A stretch of DNA of 64,000 nucleotides from Eledone cirrhosa. Taxonomy: Eukaryota. The notes under the pieces were generated by a model, which worked only from the letters and a program-made list of their open reading frames with translations, did not search any database and was not told the DNA's origin. The first letter of the stretch is position 1; each line of letters opens with the position of its first letter. The position numbers were made by a program, and so were the translations under genes. The stretch lies in contig OZ024740.1 of NCBI GenBank assembly GCA_964016885.1, positions 265,298,001-265,362,000 on the forward strand. Reading direction: 5' to 3'. Positions 26,851-41,685 of this stretch are shown here, piece after piece.

Positions 26851-29120
26851 AATAATAATGGAGTGAAGAGAGGGAGAATCTAAGATGCAATTTTCTGCGG
26901 TGATATGTTTCATAACTGGCATATTTCAAGTAGTAAATTATCTTAATTTACTCAATATTAAATTTTATATATTGCTGTAATAGCCATTCGAATTAAAATA
27001 ACTTTATTCGTTTTCATTTAGTATCGAATTATAAATGATACATAGAGAAATGTTCTTTGTTCAAACTCAAATAGTCTATAAACCACATTGATGAAATTTG
27101 CAATTTGGTTGCAAAAGTATTATGTTAGAAGCTTGCCAATATTCAAAATCCGTTAGCATTCAGTATTTCGACACAAATTACCATTGAATATAATGATGTA
27201 TTTATTTATTTTATTTATTTTTTAATATAATACAATAAATATATTTTAGAACCTGAAATATAAAATACATTTAAAAAAAATTAAGAGTATGTATTTGGAA
27301 TATATTGTGAACAGGATGTTGTATTTAATCTCTTTTCGTTTCGGTAGCATTTAGTTATGTAATTTCTTTCATCTAAATTTTGCTCTATTGATTTTCCATT
27401 CTGTGTCTTTTGTTCTATTTCATGGAAAATGTTCAAAGAATAATAAACAATAAAAATAAACATAACAGCGAAGAAAACCGTTAAATCAGAAGCAAACATA
27501 AGAAATGTTTTCTATAGTCATTCAGTAAATTTCTGTTACATTTAAAAAGAGGAACGGATTTTTATATAAATTCTCTGATAATATTTGTAAAAATCAAAAT
27601 GAAAAAAGAAGAAATATAAAAATCAGCTGTAGAATTTATTTCCAATACCTTAGTGACTCTCTTATAATAGACAATTCATATAATTTCCTTGATGTTTTAT
27701 ATCCAACTCCTATCCCCCTAGGCACTGTAAAAGGCATATATTCACACCAATATTAGCCTATTACAAAAGCGCCGACATATATAGTTCTCTAATTGGGGAA
27801 GTAACATAATTTTTCAATGAGTTTCAATCTGATGATCTAGAGGCAAAAATATATTCTATTTTTCACTTCCCAGTGTAGGCTCTTGTTTTTCATAAATCCT
27901 TTCGGAGATATAGTAGGAAAGGCATTAGAAAGGTAACTAAAGAATATAGTATACAATTCACTTAGATGTTTCTGTTTACTTAAAGAAAAATAAGGAGACA
28001 ATTGAAATTTCTCTGACTTAGAGTAAGTTATTTAAAAGATTTTTTTTCAAAAATCCTTTGATTTACTTTCAACAAAAAGTATTCAGTTCAGGCAAGTGCA
28101 GTGTTCTATAGTCTTATGGCATTATCAAGTTTAAACGCTTTTTGTTCCATGTTAGGTCCCAGGAGCAATTTTTTTGTAATATGTTGGAGGTTTCTTCTGA
28201 GGCGTGGTAGGGAAACGCATATTTTGCACGCAATTGCTTAGACAAGTGAATAACCCGTGGTCATGGTAGTATTGACAAAGAAAATCTCTTTTATGACCTT
28301 TATAGAAAGAAAATCATATAGTGTTTTGTGAACATAAGGTTTTGAAAATAACAGGAACATAGTAAATATAGTAAAAAAAAAAAAACACAAATTATCTAAA
28401 ATTTAAGAAAGAAAATCATTGGTTCCTGGCAACTTAGAAAAATATTGCTGATTCTTTCGTTTTTGTTCTGAGCAATAAATAAATAACCAATCAGAAAGTT
28501 AAATTTCCATTTGAAACAACTAAATATCTCCCATTAAAATGCGGAACTGAATAAACATCTCTTGGCTCTGAGATATGATGAAAAGGCTTCAGAATTTGCT
28601 AACCATGTGAATGAAATATTAACATAAAAAGTTATTGTTCAACAAATAATTTTTATATTTTCTCTTGTGTGATATTTAAAGAACGCATACTATACAAATG
28701 CCTAAAACAGTTTCTTTTTATATATTGGTTATTTTCTTTGGTAAGACGATTTCATTCAGAAACTCAAGAACGGGGTATATATATATATATATATATGGTT
28801 GGACTCTAGTAGGTCATAGTAGTTTATGGATAAATGAATATACTCTCGATTTAGAATTAGATTTTGGAGTTTTAATCTGTGTTAGATAAAACTAAGGAAT
28901 TGAGATATTATAACATTGAACTTTCAGAAAATAATTTCTTGTGTATACAAAGATGTTATCACTTTCGAGACTGAGCAATACTTGATAAAATTACTTTTGC
29001 AAAATTAACTGCAATTACAATTTTGATTTTCGCCGAAAATTATACAATGGCTATCTATTCTAAAGATTCGTGCATCATATAATTTGTAAAGGATAAGATA
29101 ACATTTATATAATCTATTGT

Positions 29121-29215
<95 letters not shown>

Positions 29216-29227
29216 TAGATAGATAGA

Positions 29228-32200
29228 TATGTTTCTTTATTAGCCACAGGGGCACAAAAGAAGGGGACAAATACAAAGGGGGAAGTTTACATACAATAAA
29301 AACATGTAAAATACTGTCACAAATGCAATTTAAAAATTAATCGATTTCCCCAATAGGGGGAGACATTACATATGGGTAACACATACCCCGAAAAAAATGT
29401 GCAACCCTCATCTTCAGGAGTACGAAGAGTGAGTACCCTTTCCTCTCTTCCTCTTTGTGCTCAACCTACAGGCTGATATAGAGAGAAGGCCCATTCACTC
29501 GGGCCATTCTCGCCACTTTCACCCACCTTTCATAAAACTTGCTGGGGTACAGCACTTCTCTCTCCATCCTAATTCTTCTTCCAAAGTGGTATTTGAAAAA
29601 ACGAATCAGTTGTTGGCCGGAGAGAAAGGTGTCTGACCTCAGCCCTTTTAACCTCGTCCACCATACAACCTCTTTCGCCATAGCTATCACACAAAGTAAA
29701 AGCGCCTCTCCTTCGTTTTTGAAGGTGGGTGGCGGTTTGATCATGACAATGGACTCGGGAGTCAATCGGATTGGTCCCACCCGCGACAAAAGTCGTTCTA
29801 CATAGCTCCACAGGTCGGGAAGTGTACGAATGCGTGCGCGACGGTTTCTTCATCTCGCACGCATCTCGGACAGATCTTTTTCGAAGGGTGCCTGCCCGGG
29901 CGCCCATGTCTGTAGAGCTTGTCTCGAACTGGTAGAGCTCCTCGGTAGCACTGCCAGGCCAGGGACTTTTGGAAGTTGTCCATCGGTCCAGGGCAGAAGG
30001 TCCTATCGAACAGACTGGCCAGTTCGTCTTCCTCTACGCCTAGAGTTTCTCAGAGCGCGTCGTCGCACTTGCTGCGGACCAACCCTCTATAGAATGACGA
30101 AGTGGAGTCTCCACTGATCGCCGGGTCCACCTGCCAGAGGGCTGTGAGCGCCTGAGCACATTCGATGTGCCAGTCACCAATTTTCCTCAGTCTTTGCTTG
30201 AACAGGAGTGCAGCTCGGTCAGCGAGACGAGTCATGGCAAGGCTCGCTTCACGAACGCGGCCCACACCGGTTGTCCGGTGAGGAATACGTGGAGGTGGCC
30301 GCAGCCTCAGCGGGTGTTTGCGCATCGTCAGCAACGGCAACCCCAGCCCTCCGTTTGAAGGGTGTTGGCAGCAGATGGATCTTCTCACCCATGAAGCCCG
30401 TTTCTTCCAAAGGAATTGGAAGAACGCGCGCTACATTTTGGCGAGAGTTTTGGCTGGACAAGGCACGACGGTCAAGCGTTAGTAGATGACGGACGCTATA
30501 AAAGTGTTCGCCACCTCCGCTCGACCTTTCAAGGATAGTTTGCACTCGGCCCATTTCTGGGTGAGCACAAACACCTTGACCCTCACCTTGTTCCAGTTCT
30601 TCTCCAGATCAAACCAGACCCCGAGCAGCTACACCAGTCCTTCCGTCCAGCGTCCGACGACGCCATCGGAAGGCATCGGTTTGATTCTCCACGATCCGAG
30701 TTGCAACCCGACGGATTTGTCCCGTTCAGCTTCGCTCCTGTGAACCTTTCCTATTCCTTCAGTAAGGTGCCGAATTCATCGATTTGGGAGGTGCTCGACA
30801 CCATTACCGCTATGTCGTCGGCGTAGGCCGACGCCGCTTTCCGCAGTCCTGGTTCTAGAGGGATGCCCTGCGATAGCTGCAACTTCCGCAGTAGTGGCTC
30901 TAGAGTCAGTACGTACAGAAGGAAGGAGAGAGGGCATCCCTGTCGGATGGATCGCGTGATATGGAACGGATCTGAGAGGTAGCCATTCACCTTGACTCAT
31001 GAGCAGATGTTGCTGCTGTGCATTGCAGCAATCCAGCCCCTGAACACGGGTCCGAAGACTGCCGCCGCGAGCACCGCATCCAGGTAACGATGGTCAAACC
31101 TATCGAAAGCCTTAGGCTGATCCAAGTTGATCAGGGCCCCACCGAAGCGGGGTTTACACCCTACCCTCTCTATGTTGTATCGCATGAAGTGGAGGTTGTC
31201 GTGTATGGACCTGGTCAGGATTGCGCATGTATGCGCTTCTCCCACCAGGTTATCGACGACAAGCGGCAGCCTCTTTGCCAACACCTTGGCCAAAACCTGT
31301 AACTCTGCGTTTAGCAGAGATATGAGCCGGAATTTGGCTATGTCATCCTCCTTATTCTCGTCCTTCCTGACTAGTGTGACTACGCCCCTGGTCACAGAAC
31401 TGGGAATTCTCCCGTTCTGCTGCCAGTTGCAGTAGACCGCTTCCAGGATACCGGAGGACAATCGGCATTGTTACATAAAATTCGTAGAGTAGACGGTCGA
31501 GACCGGGAGATTTGCTTTTGCCGCATTGGCTCAGTGCGTCCCCTATCTCAGCGGCTGAAATCGGCTTTTCGCAGAACTTCGCCTCGCTGTCCGAGAGTCG
31601 CGGTAGGCCGTCGATGTGTTGACCGAAAGCCATAGCCCCTCCCGTTGCGCCGCCCTTCCCGAGCAGCTGAGCAAAGAGCCGTTGAAAGGGCGCATATCTG
31701 GTTTGGCTCACGTATCACGCGTCCGTCTTGGTCCTTCAAAGACCGAATCGTGGAATTGTTGCCACTTTTCGCCTCCGTCACCCGAGCCAGCTAACAGCTT
31801 TGTCTCCCTCGTTACCCAGAGGACGTATTTTGCTTCTGACAACGCAACCCTCGTGCTTTGCGTCGAAGAAATGGTTGAAGGCCGTTCTTGTTGCTAGCAC
31901 GCTGGGTACGTTTCCACTTCTAATTGCCTCTTCTACTTTATCTACCAGTTCCTTCTCGATCCTATTTCTATCTAACGCTAATTATTTACTAAAAACTAAC
32001 GAGTCTAATCTAACTGCCCTCTTGAGAGAGTACCATCATCTGTTGTTGACAATGGCCCCTATCAAGTGCTGTTTAACTAAAGTGCTAATCCGTCTACTGT
32101 AGGCTTTGCATGTCGGTAACGACAAGTTCAGCTTCCAGTAGCCGGTTACTTGTCTATGGGTTCTATCAAGGTTGACCATGCAGATCACTATTTTGTGATC

Positions 32201-34640
32201 TGAATAGGCAACCATGAACATTTGTGGACAGATTAACATGTCCCTATCCTTATTTCTAACTAGAACCCTATCTAGGTACGATCTAGATGTTTCGCTGCGA
32301 GTAGTCCATATCCATAGTGGCACAGTCATAAAATCTAGTCGATATCTATCGGCCGATTAACTGTTTGAGGCATCTAGGATTCCATTCCAGTCCCCCACTA
32401 AAAGCAAGGAGCGGGACGTTCCCAGAAAAGTCTCTAGATGATTGAAGAAGTCTGGTCGCGGTGTCTCGGATGGGGCATATGCGGCGACCAGCCTGAAGGC
32501 TCTACACTCCTTACCGTCAACGTCTAGGACCACCAATCGACCCTCCGGATCCAGATGTGACGTCTGTGTTACGAGGTCTAGGTATTTCCGCAGCAATACG
32601 GCAACCCCGCCCCCACCCCCACCCCCCGCTGACAGAGAGATGCGTAAATCTCAAAGTCGGCGAAGATGGGCGCCAGCTGTCGCTCGCTGTGGATCCTGTA
32701 CTCGCAAATGGCTACTACATCCATACTGTGCGACCTGATGGCGTTTAACAGTTTGCCCTGTTTCCAGGGCATACCCAGGACGCGTACATTCACACATCCA
32801 ACTCTTATGTTGGCTATGTTGGTGCTGAAAAGTTAAAAGAAGAGGAAAAGAAATCACTCACCTCTTCGTCACCTGGGGACCAGGCTGCACGATTTCCATG
32901 GGGATGTTGGAGGGGTTGTCTGGGTGGGTGGTGGTTTCCGGCGGGGTGGCGACGGAGATGTTTAGTTGGGAGAGGGTGTCTCGTGGGATGGGTGTGTCTG
33001 GGGTAGGGAGACATTTGAGAAGGACGCGGTTAAGTGGTTTCACGAAGGAATTCCCCACGTCCTTTTCAAATGTTTCTTTTAGAGACCAATAAGTTTGTAT
33101 AGGGACTCGAATCAGTTTTAGGTTCGGTTTTTTATTATTTTTATTAGAGTTTGCGAAAGTTTTCCCTTCGTTTTTCACCGAAGGGTTGTTCTTGATGGTC
33201 TCCATTAGTGTTTTGTTTTCAGTGTTTATGTATGTGTAAGTGTAATTTTCTTGTGCTCTGTTTGTTTTTGTCTGTAGTTCTTGGGTGTGTTTCGTTTTCT
33301 TGTAAGCATTTTGTTTTCAGGAGGTGGGGGTTTTGTTTGTGATGTTTTTGTTGTTTGTGTTGGTGGTTGTATGTCTATGGTAGTGTTTGCTGTTTTTTTT
33401 TGTTTTTGTGGTGCCTTTTTTTCTTTTCGAGCGATGGGGTTCTCCCTCGTCTTCACTGGGTGATGACGAGATAGCCTCATCTGTTGTATCGTCTGTGTGA
33501 TTGGGGAGGAGTATGTCTTGGCGAGCTGTTGTGTCTGTATGTGTTTTTGCAGTGGTTTTAGGTGGAGTGGGGTTGAGTGAGAATGTGTTTGTTGTGGTTA
33601 TTTTTGTGTGTTGGTGTTGTGGTGGTGATGGTGGTTGTGTTATTTTGTTGGGTGTCGGCAGAAGATTATTTTTTTGACTCATTAATTGAGAACAGGAAGC
33701 CGTCAGGTGACCCCTGCTAAACAGGGGTAACATGAAGGCCGCCTACCCTCAACCGAAAAGTTTATCTTGGTGAGTCCGTCCAGGAGTACACGTTGTGGGA
33801 TCTTAGATATTAGTTCTGGGATCATTTGCACCAGAACTTCAACGCTAGTCCCATTAAATGCATCTCTGGTGGACTTTCCTACTGAAAGTATTTTGTCTTC
33901 ATCAAAATTGATGAAGCCGCACAGTATCCACCATATGTTTACCTTTGGTGTGACACTTGTGATTCTGATTTTGTGTGTCCTTTTTCCCATGTATGTGGGG
34001 AAAAAGGTACACCGGTTGGATACAATTGGAGACACAGAGTAATTTTGGGCCGTCAATTGATGATTCATGAGTACCGAAATACTCGCAAAGGGTTTGCCTC
34101 TTTGAATGAATGAAATATCAGTCATTGAATGTTTGAAAACCAGTTCAATTTCTTTCTGTGACAATGGGACCGGTTTTCGGGTAGAATTGGAAACTGTCCT
34201 AAAAACTATCGTTTTGAGGGAAGTTTCCTTACGTATCTCCACAGAGGAATTGATGCTGAAAGCACCATTCTTTTCGAAAGTAACATATCTCCTAACGTCC
34301 TTTAGGGGTTGTTCGTCATTTGATATGTCGAGATATGTTAGTTCCTCCTTTTTGTGAACTGTCTGTGCAAAGGGATTTTCGGTTTCTTTGTGGAATTATC
34401 CTTGTTGGTGATGTTGTCATTATTGTTATTATTGTTGTTGTTGTTCTTGTTGTCACTGATGTTGATATTGTTCGTATTTTCCTTGGTGTTGGTGTTGTTG
34501 TTGTCTACATATAGGTTTTATACAGGGATATTTTCTCGGATAACTTACTAGACAAAGGAAGAACACATTTTATAATATAGCCTTAAATATACAATCTTTC
34601 GGTATCACTGCCAGTTGGATGACTTTGACCAGAATGACAT
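29228..34640 (-). mobile_element. Near full-length Tx1/L1-clade LINE, frameshifted (ORF1 ~34500-32860; ORF2 ~32820-29466)
   Basis: APE motifs: NVRVL, DVVAICE, GDWN, SYLDRVLV, YSDHK, GYWKLN. RT motifs: KSPGLD, FRLISLLNAE, SIHDNL, LDQPKAFDR, SIRQGCPLS, YADD. Also GGLGLP and zinc knuckle CPRC..DEETVAHAF. The 3' end has aataaa followed by (TCTA)n(TC)n. Confidence 0.93.
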
Positions 34641-35008
34641 GAATCCCACATGCTACAGTCGAATAGTGTTGTAAAATGTTCTTATCTGACGCAATTGTAC
34701 AAAAGTATTACTAATATATACACATACAATACTAGCACACCCATAGGTTATACAGAATATGTGATATCAAATTCCTTGTCTACGTTTTCCAATTCCATGG
34801 GTTTATATGCTCAAATTAGACTATTTTTCATAGTACAAAATATGGGTTGCAGGTGTTAATTTTAGTCAAGGTTAATTAATTTTGAAAACATATATAGTTG
34901 AATTAATTGAATATGAGCCAATCATCTGCGATATGCGTGTAATATGTCGATAGTCAATGAAAATATAAAGGTGTAAACGTAAATTATTATTTTTACTTTC
35001 TTATATAT

Positions 35009-35058
35009 TCTCGTCTGATGAGCCTGGGAGAAGAGGGCGAAACTCCAAAGTAACAAGA
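35009..35058 (+). ncRNA. Type I hammerhead ribozyme
   Basis: tctcgt-CTGATGA-gcct..gggc-GAAAC-tccaaa-GTA-acaaga. Stem I pairs 5 of 6, GUA triplet. Followed ~85 nt later by (TA)n. Confidence 0.8.
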
Positions 35059-35161
35059 CTCACTATTTAGACTTGATAAAAATAATATTTAAACTCCACT
35101 TCATTATTGAGTACTCTTTTCTCTCGGCCGTCAACTACATACGGATATATATATATATATT

Positions 35162-35262
<101 letters not shown>

Positions 35263-35421
35263 ATTAAAGGTTAATTAGTCACTAATAGCCAAACATCCCA
35301 ATGAAAGAATTCTCTCAGAGAAGCAAGATATGTATTAAAATTAAATGAGAAAAACTCTACGAGAGTATGAACAAGCCATTCGGAAAAATGTTTTCCCCAC
35401 TAACTTCACTTATATATAGAT

Positions 35422-35507
35422 CTCCCTACCATGGTTTCGTATAGGGAAGAATAATCATTGGAATAGAATTACCAATAATAGAAAAACCGCCATATTCTTC
35501 AGGCGAG
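35422..35507 (-). ncRNA. Type I hammerhead ribozyme with extended stem II, in element ~35262-35710
   Basis: Reverse complement reads ctcgc-CTGAAGA-atatgg...ctatac-GAAAC-catg-GTA-gggag. Same stem III as 5669. Confidence 0.8.
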
Positions 35508-35729
35508 TTAGAATTCTTCAAGTCTAAGAGAAATGGAAGAACATATAATACATACTATTTCCAAAGCTAAGGCAGCAGGTAATATAAGATCACGTGTAGT
35601 TATACGTTCTCAAATTTCCTAAGATATTATGACTACCCGATATGATCATGATGTTACTAGAAATAGCAGCTCAAAGACCTTCTGGTACAGCTCGACAAAT
35701 GTTGGGGCAGTATATATATATATATATAT

Positions 35730-35805
<76 letters not shown>

Positions 35806-35808
<3 letters not shown>

Positions 35809-36432
35809 TTAATCCGGGTTGAATCGGAGATAACCACAGTAAGTAAGGTACTCAATACATATCGAAGTATAACAGTTTTAATATAGAAGAGCTTCTGCAA
35901 GACTAGAACTGTTTAATTCTTGAAAAATCATCAGAAAGCTGGCTGTCTAAGTAAATGGTAGTATTTATATCTTTCCTTATCAGGTGGTAGGAGAGGGTGG
36001 GGATTGGGATGGGTGTAGGTCATTGGTTGAAGGATTTAAAGAAAAGGGAGTTCATTAAAAGCTATAATATTAACAAAGGCAGAAAGAATACTGTAAACAA
36101 AATCAAAATTGGAATACCAATCCTTGTTTATCACTTAGATTAACAATGCCTGTAAGACAGGTGTCTAGAGGATGGGTGGGGTTCAATGGTTTAAAGAAAA
36201 GGGAAATCTTTTAGAAGCTAATTCATTAAGGCTAAAGTAAGGGTGACAAAGGCAGAAAGGGTTCCATCAACAGATTCAAGTGTTGGGGTGAGACCCCTTA
36301 TTGTGAAGTTTCTATTAATATATATTCCAGGTGTCAACAACAAACCCATTCACACACGCGCCCACTTACACACGTACACACAGATACACGCACACACACA
36401 GTCAACAAAAATACATAATGGTATATACACAC
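35806..36432 (-). mobile_element. Family D HHR element, long arm (with ~63-nt tail)
   Basis: Reverse complement of 39290-39690. Its HHR copy at 35891-35939 has GAAA to TAAA and GTA to GCA changes. Confidence 0.85.
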
Positions 36433-36547
36433 ATTTATATATATATACAAATATATATATACACATATATATATATACATATGTGTACATACATACGCAT
36501 ACACATATATATATACATATAAATACATATATACATATATACATCCA

Positions 36548-36601
<54 letters not shown>

Positions 36602-36625
36602 TGTATATGTATGTATGTGTGTATA

Positions 36626-36677
<52 letters not shown>

Positions 36678-36777
36678 CATATATATACACATACACATAT
36701 ACATACATATACATACATATACATACATATACATACACTCGCACACACACACACACATATATGTATATATATATATA

Positions 36778-38110
36778 GAGAGAATTTGTACCATTGTAGA
36801 AGATACGAATACCAGGAACAAACCCCTAACAGAACCGAGAGAATTTTGCTCAAACAAAAATACCCATCTCTACTTATAGAAAATGGCATACAGCGGGCTA
36901 TAAAAATACCTATACAACAACTTAGGACAACCCAAGGAAAAAGAAACCAAGAAGTGGTCATACCATTTATAATGACACACAACCTATGTCACCAGAATAT
37001 CTTTAACACTGCCAAAGCAAACCTACCGATCAATGCTCAAAGTAATGAATTAAAAGGTTTAATCACAGACCGATTTTTGACTCTTAGTAAAAGACAGCCG
37101 AAAAATTTGAAGAAATTACTAACAAAAGCAAAGTTTGACCTTAACAACAAAGACCAATCATTCACTGTATCTAAATGCAATGATAGTCGATGTGGCACAT
37201 GTCAATCCATAGACACCGGTTAATATATGAACACAAAAACTGGAAAAGTATTCCCAAATGCAAATATGAACTGCAAAAGCAGATATCTAATTTACTGCAT
37301 TAAATGCCCGAATTGTGAAGAACTCTGGACATGCACTATCGGAACGTGCACGGGTGCACCGACAGCAAATCAGAGACCCAAATTTGCGTCAGATACCTCT
37401 GAGTAACCATCTAGCAACATGTGGTCAGAAAATATTTAAAATATTTCTATTCTACAAACTACACAGCCCAAGTGAAATCAAGAGAAAAATTAAAGAAAAG
37501 AATGTTATTGATAAATCCAACCCAAGCTAAATGAACAATAATAATGCTTAGGGGTATTACTCCTACTATGACTACGCCTACGACCATGTCGACTACCACC
37601 ACTAACAACAACAACAACAATAGTAATAATAAAAGTGATGTTCATGGTGAAGATTTTTTATAAAAACCTAAAAAATGGTATTTTCATCATTTCTAAGAAT
37701 AGCAAAACAATTGATGCTTTGGATAGGGTCAAATAAAAGTTGTTAGACATGCTCAACCAACCGTGACGCCTAAACTAATCAGCTTTAGTAATCCAGTGAA
37801 ACTACACACCGATTGGTCGAAATACAGTTTGCAAAACTTAGCATTCTGTAGCCACTTTTTACTGTATATAAGGCACACAATTTACCCATCTCATTACAGT
37901 TGAAAATTGCAAACTTGACTGTCACCACAAAATATGAACCTGAAGATTGCAAAAGCATGAAAGTACTTGTTCAATTAACACTTAACAGTTAATATTCTAC
38001 CATACTATTTCATTATATTTTTAAAGGATTGTAAATAAAACGAGTAAATTAGACTAAGTTGGAATTCCGTTTATTAATATAATCTTCTATACACAATCCT
38101 ACACACCTGT
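36778..38110 (+). mobile_element. 5'-truncated Penelope-like element, Neptune-like (thumb, linker, GIY-YIG remnant, pLTR)
   Basis: [82 protein letters not shown]. Bounded by (TA)n. Confidence 0.9.
37935..37973 (+). ncRNA. Minimal type I hammerhead ribozyme (39 nt) in the PLE pLTR
   Basis: tgaac-CTGAAGA-ttgc aaaa gcat-GAAA-gtac-TT-gttca. Perfect stem I, palindromic aagtactt. Confidence 0.85.
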
Positions 38111-38113
38111 GTA

Positions 38114-38150
<37 letters not shown>

Positions 38151-38163
38151 GTATATATGTATA

Positions 38164-38228
<65 letters not shown>

Positions 38229-38494
38229 ATACATACAAATATACATATACACACATATATAGAAACTCTCACACACATACATATATATATAAATATATAC
38301 ATACACACATACATATACACAAATAAAGACACACACATATATATAAATAAAAACATATATATATATATATGTATGTATGTGTGTATGTGTCTATATATGT
38401 GTATGTATATGTGTATTTACATATATATATATATATATATGAGAGAGACGTAAATAAGAAAATTATAAAATTAACTTACTTACTAAAAAATCAC

Positions 38495-38573
38495 TTCCAA
38501 CTAATTAGTTTCTGGAATGGAGTAAATATATTTTCCGAAGAAACATAAAGAAAATCATTCCGTCATCAGGAAA
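38495..38573 (-). ncRNA. Type I hammerhead ribozyme (left arm of family B)
   Basis: Reverse complement reads tttc-CTGATGA-cggaatg...cattcca-GAAAC-taatta-GTT-ggaa. Confidence 0.85.
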
Positions 38574-38821
38574 GTCTTTTTCCGTGTAAGTCTCCAGGCA
38601 TAGCGAGGACTCTGGAAACTTATTAAAAAAAATTCAGTGGAAAGGAAATAGCGAAGCGTGGACTGGATTCCTAGCCATTGAGAAAATCTCTGCCTCTACG
38701 TCTGTGAGATTTTCTCAATCGCTAGGAATCTAGTCCACGCTTCGCTATTTCCTTTCCACTGAATTTTTTTTAATAAGTTTCCGAGTCCTCGCTATGCCTG
38801 GAGACTTACACGGAAAAAGAC

Positions 38822-38899
38822 TTTCCTGATGACGGAAGGATTTTCGTATGTTTCTTCGGAAAATATATTTACTCCATTCCAGAAACTAATTAGTTGGAA
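38822..38899 (+). ncRNA. Type I hammerhead ribozyme (right arm of family B)
   Basis: tttc-CTGATGA-cggaa...ttcca-GAAAC-taatta-GTT-ggaa, with palindromic stem III aactaattagtt. Confidence 0.85.
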
Positions 38900-39065
38900 T
38901 GATTTTTTAGTAAGTAAGTTAATTTTATAATTTTCTTATTTACGTCTCTCATATTATTGTTCTGCAACCCCATGCATTGAACCACAATGTTAATAAGACA
39001 AAACCTATATATTTGCTAGCATTGATATGCATCTGTGTGTATATAAATGTTACTAGATATAAATT

Positions 39066-39167
<102 letters not shown>

Positions 39168-39193
39168 ATAAATATGTGTATGCATATGTATGG

Positions 39194-39261
<68 letters not shown>

Positions 39262-39289
39262 ATGTATATATTTGTATATATGTATGTGT

Positions 39290-39684
39290 GTATATACCAT
39301 TATGTATGTTTGTCATGTGTGTGCGTGCGTGTATATGTGTGTACGTGTGTAAGTGGGCGCGTGTGCGAATGGGTTTGTCGACACCTGGAATATATATTAA
39401 GAGAAATTTCACAATAAGGGGTCTCACCCCCAACATTTGAATCTGTTGATGGAACCCTTTCTGCCTTTGTCTCCCTTACTTTAGCCTTAAAGTATTAGCT
39501 TTTAATGAACTCCCTTTTCTTTAAATCCTTCAACCAATAACCTACACCCATCCTAATCTCCACCCTCTCCTACCACCTGATAAGCAAAGATGTAAATACT
39601 ACCATTTACTTGGACAGCCGGCTTCCTGATGATTTCTCACGAATGAAACAGTTCTAGTCCTGTAGAAGCTCTTCTATATTAAAA

Positions 39685-39690
<6 letters not shown>
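39290..39690 (+). mobile_element. Family D HHR element, short arm
   Basis: Inverted homologue of 35868-36432 that lacks ~160 bp between internal direct repeats. Ends tattaaaac-ttatata at (TA)n. Confidence 0.85.
39621..39669 (+). ncRNA. Type I hammerhead ribozyme
   Basis: gcttc-CTGATGA-tttc tcac gaat-GAAAC-ag ttctagtc ct-GTA-gaagc. All three stems pair, GUA triplet. Confidence 0.9.
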
Positions 39691-39748
<58 letters not shown>

Positions 39749-40348
39749 AGTAAAAATTAGCGAGAATCTAATTTCAGCTATTGAATTAACAAAAAACACT
39801 TCCTAGTTGTGTGGCAACCGCTCGATAATTCATATGAATTAGAGCTACAACTTACGTTAAAGGCCAAACACACTGAGATGGTGGTTAAACTAATCATCCG
39901 CACAGCGAAAAAACGACCGCCTAATTCGTGTCAAGCAGATAAAAAAATATAAAAATATATAAAAATATATATGGTTGAAAATTTACCCGGACCCCTGGAG
40001 AGATGGTAAAATCCAGTATTTGGGTTTCTGCGGCTCTATAAGTCATTTACTGTCCGCTTACATAAAGGATGTTAGGCTTCTGGTAGGATGACCGAACTAG
40101 GAGGACGCGTTTTTAACGGGATTCAGTTCGATAGTCTATATAAATGTGTCTGTTACTGACCCCACGTGGAGTTCAGCAAGGGAGGCAACACTTATATTAG
40201 GCGAATGAATTCAGTTGTGTATAATATTGCGAAAATGCAAAATATCACAAATCGAATAAAGCTCTCGACAGAGTGGTTAAATATAACAAAGCTATTCAAC
40301 AGTCAATAGAATAAACCCCCAAAATCGATAAAATATACACACACACAC

Positions 40349-40386
<38 letters not shown>

Positions 40387-40554
40387 ATGCATGTATGTAT
40401 GTATGTATGTATGTATGTATGTATGTATGTATGTATGTATGTATGTATGTATGTATGTGTGTATGTATGTATGTGTGTATATATGTATTGAGCTTTTATT
40501 CCAATTTATTTTAGGCGGTATATTGCGACAAACAAAATTTCTATTTTGTTATAT

Positions 40555-40752
40555 TGGTTTCTTATATAGGCACAAGGCCAGCAATTTTGTTGGGAGGGGA
40601 AAGTCGATTAAATTGACCCCAGTTATTTCATTGATCCCGTAAGGATGAAAGGCAAAGTTAACCTCGGCGTGACTTGAACTCAGACCGTAAAGGACCGTAA
40701 CTCTATGCTGCAAAAAGAATGGTGTCCGACTCTCTACCGATACTGCCAATCT
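40555..40752 (-). mobile_element. SINE (main family)
   Basis: Reverse-complement core and head ctctaccgatactgccaatc. Confidence 0.85.
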
Positions 40753-41549
40753 TGACGTTTATTTTCTCTGGCTAACCATATACGTGTCTTGGTGGCATTT
40801 ACCTTAAGATCTGTATTTATATTTGCTTCCATTTCGTGTGGCGCCTCTATTGCGCTCTACTCTGACCCGCTAGAAAATTCAATATAAAACATGTTTCATT
40901 CTCCTTAAAGAAATATATAGCTCACGTTCTTTTCTTCCTCTGCTTTCCAACAAAAGGTCCTATTTAGAATGAACTCATATTCCCAAACACGATCACGTAC
41001 AATTGGGATGGGAATCATGCATTTCTGAATAACACAAATAAAACTATGTATTTAATAAATGATCTAGTTTTAACTAAATCGCCACCATTAGATATTATAC
41101 TTAAATTTCAAAACAGTTTCTTATGTTACTATATTATGGGAAGAAACCTAGAAACTCCTGTTTTTCTCTGTGTTGTGCAATACATGGAATCATTGTGCGC
41201 ACTAATTAAAGTTCAAAGAGTTGAATAGTAAGATAGCATTGATTCTGGAAAGCTACTGTCCGTGGAGGGCCCTAAGTAACGACCAGTAAAGACATGTTAA
41301 TTGATTCTATGCTCTGTATAATGTCTCTTATATATATTCTGTTTGTCACCTTTTACACCCTCACATGTAGCACATAAACACATTGAGATAAAATAACTGA
41401 TACGTATGAAAGGAGATATATTGGAAAAATAGCGAGTGAGAGAAAGCATGTGTTGTGTGTTGTATGTATGCGTGTATACGTGTGTGTACAGGTTTGTGAG
41501 TGTTTGTGTGTGACAGAGAAAGAAAGAGAAGGAGAGAGAGAGAGCGATG

Positions 41550-41685
<136 letters not shown>

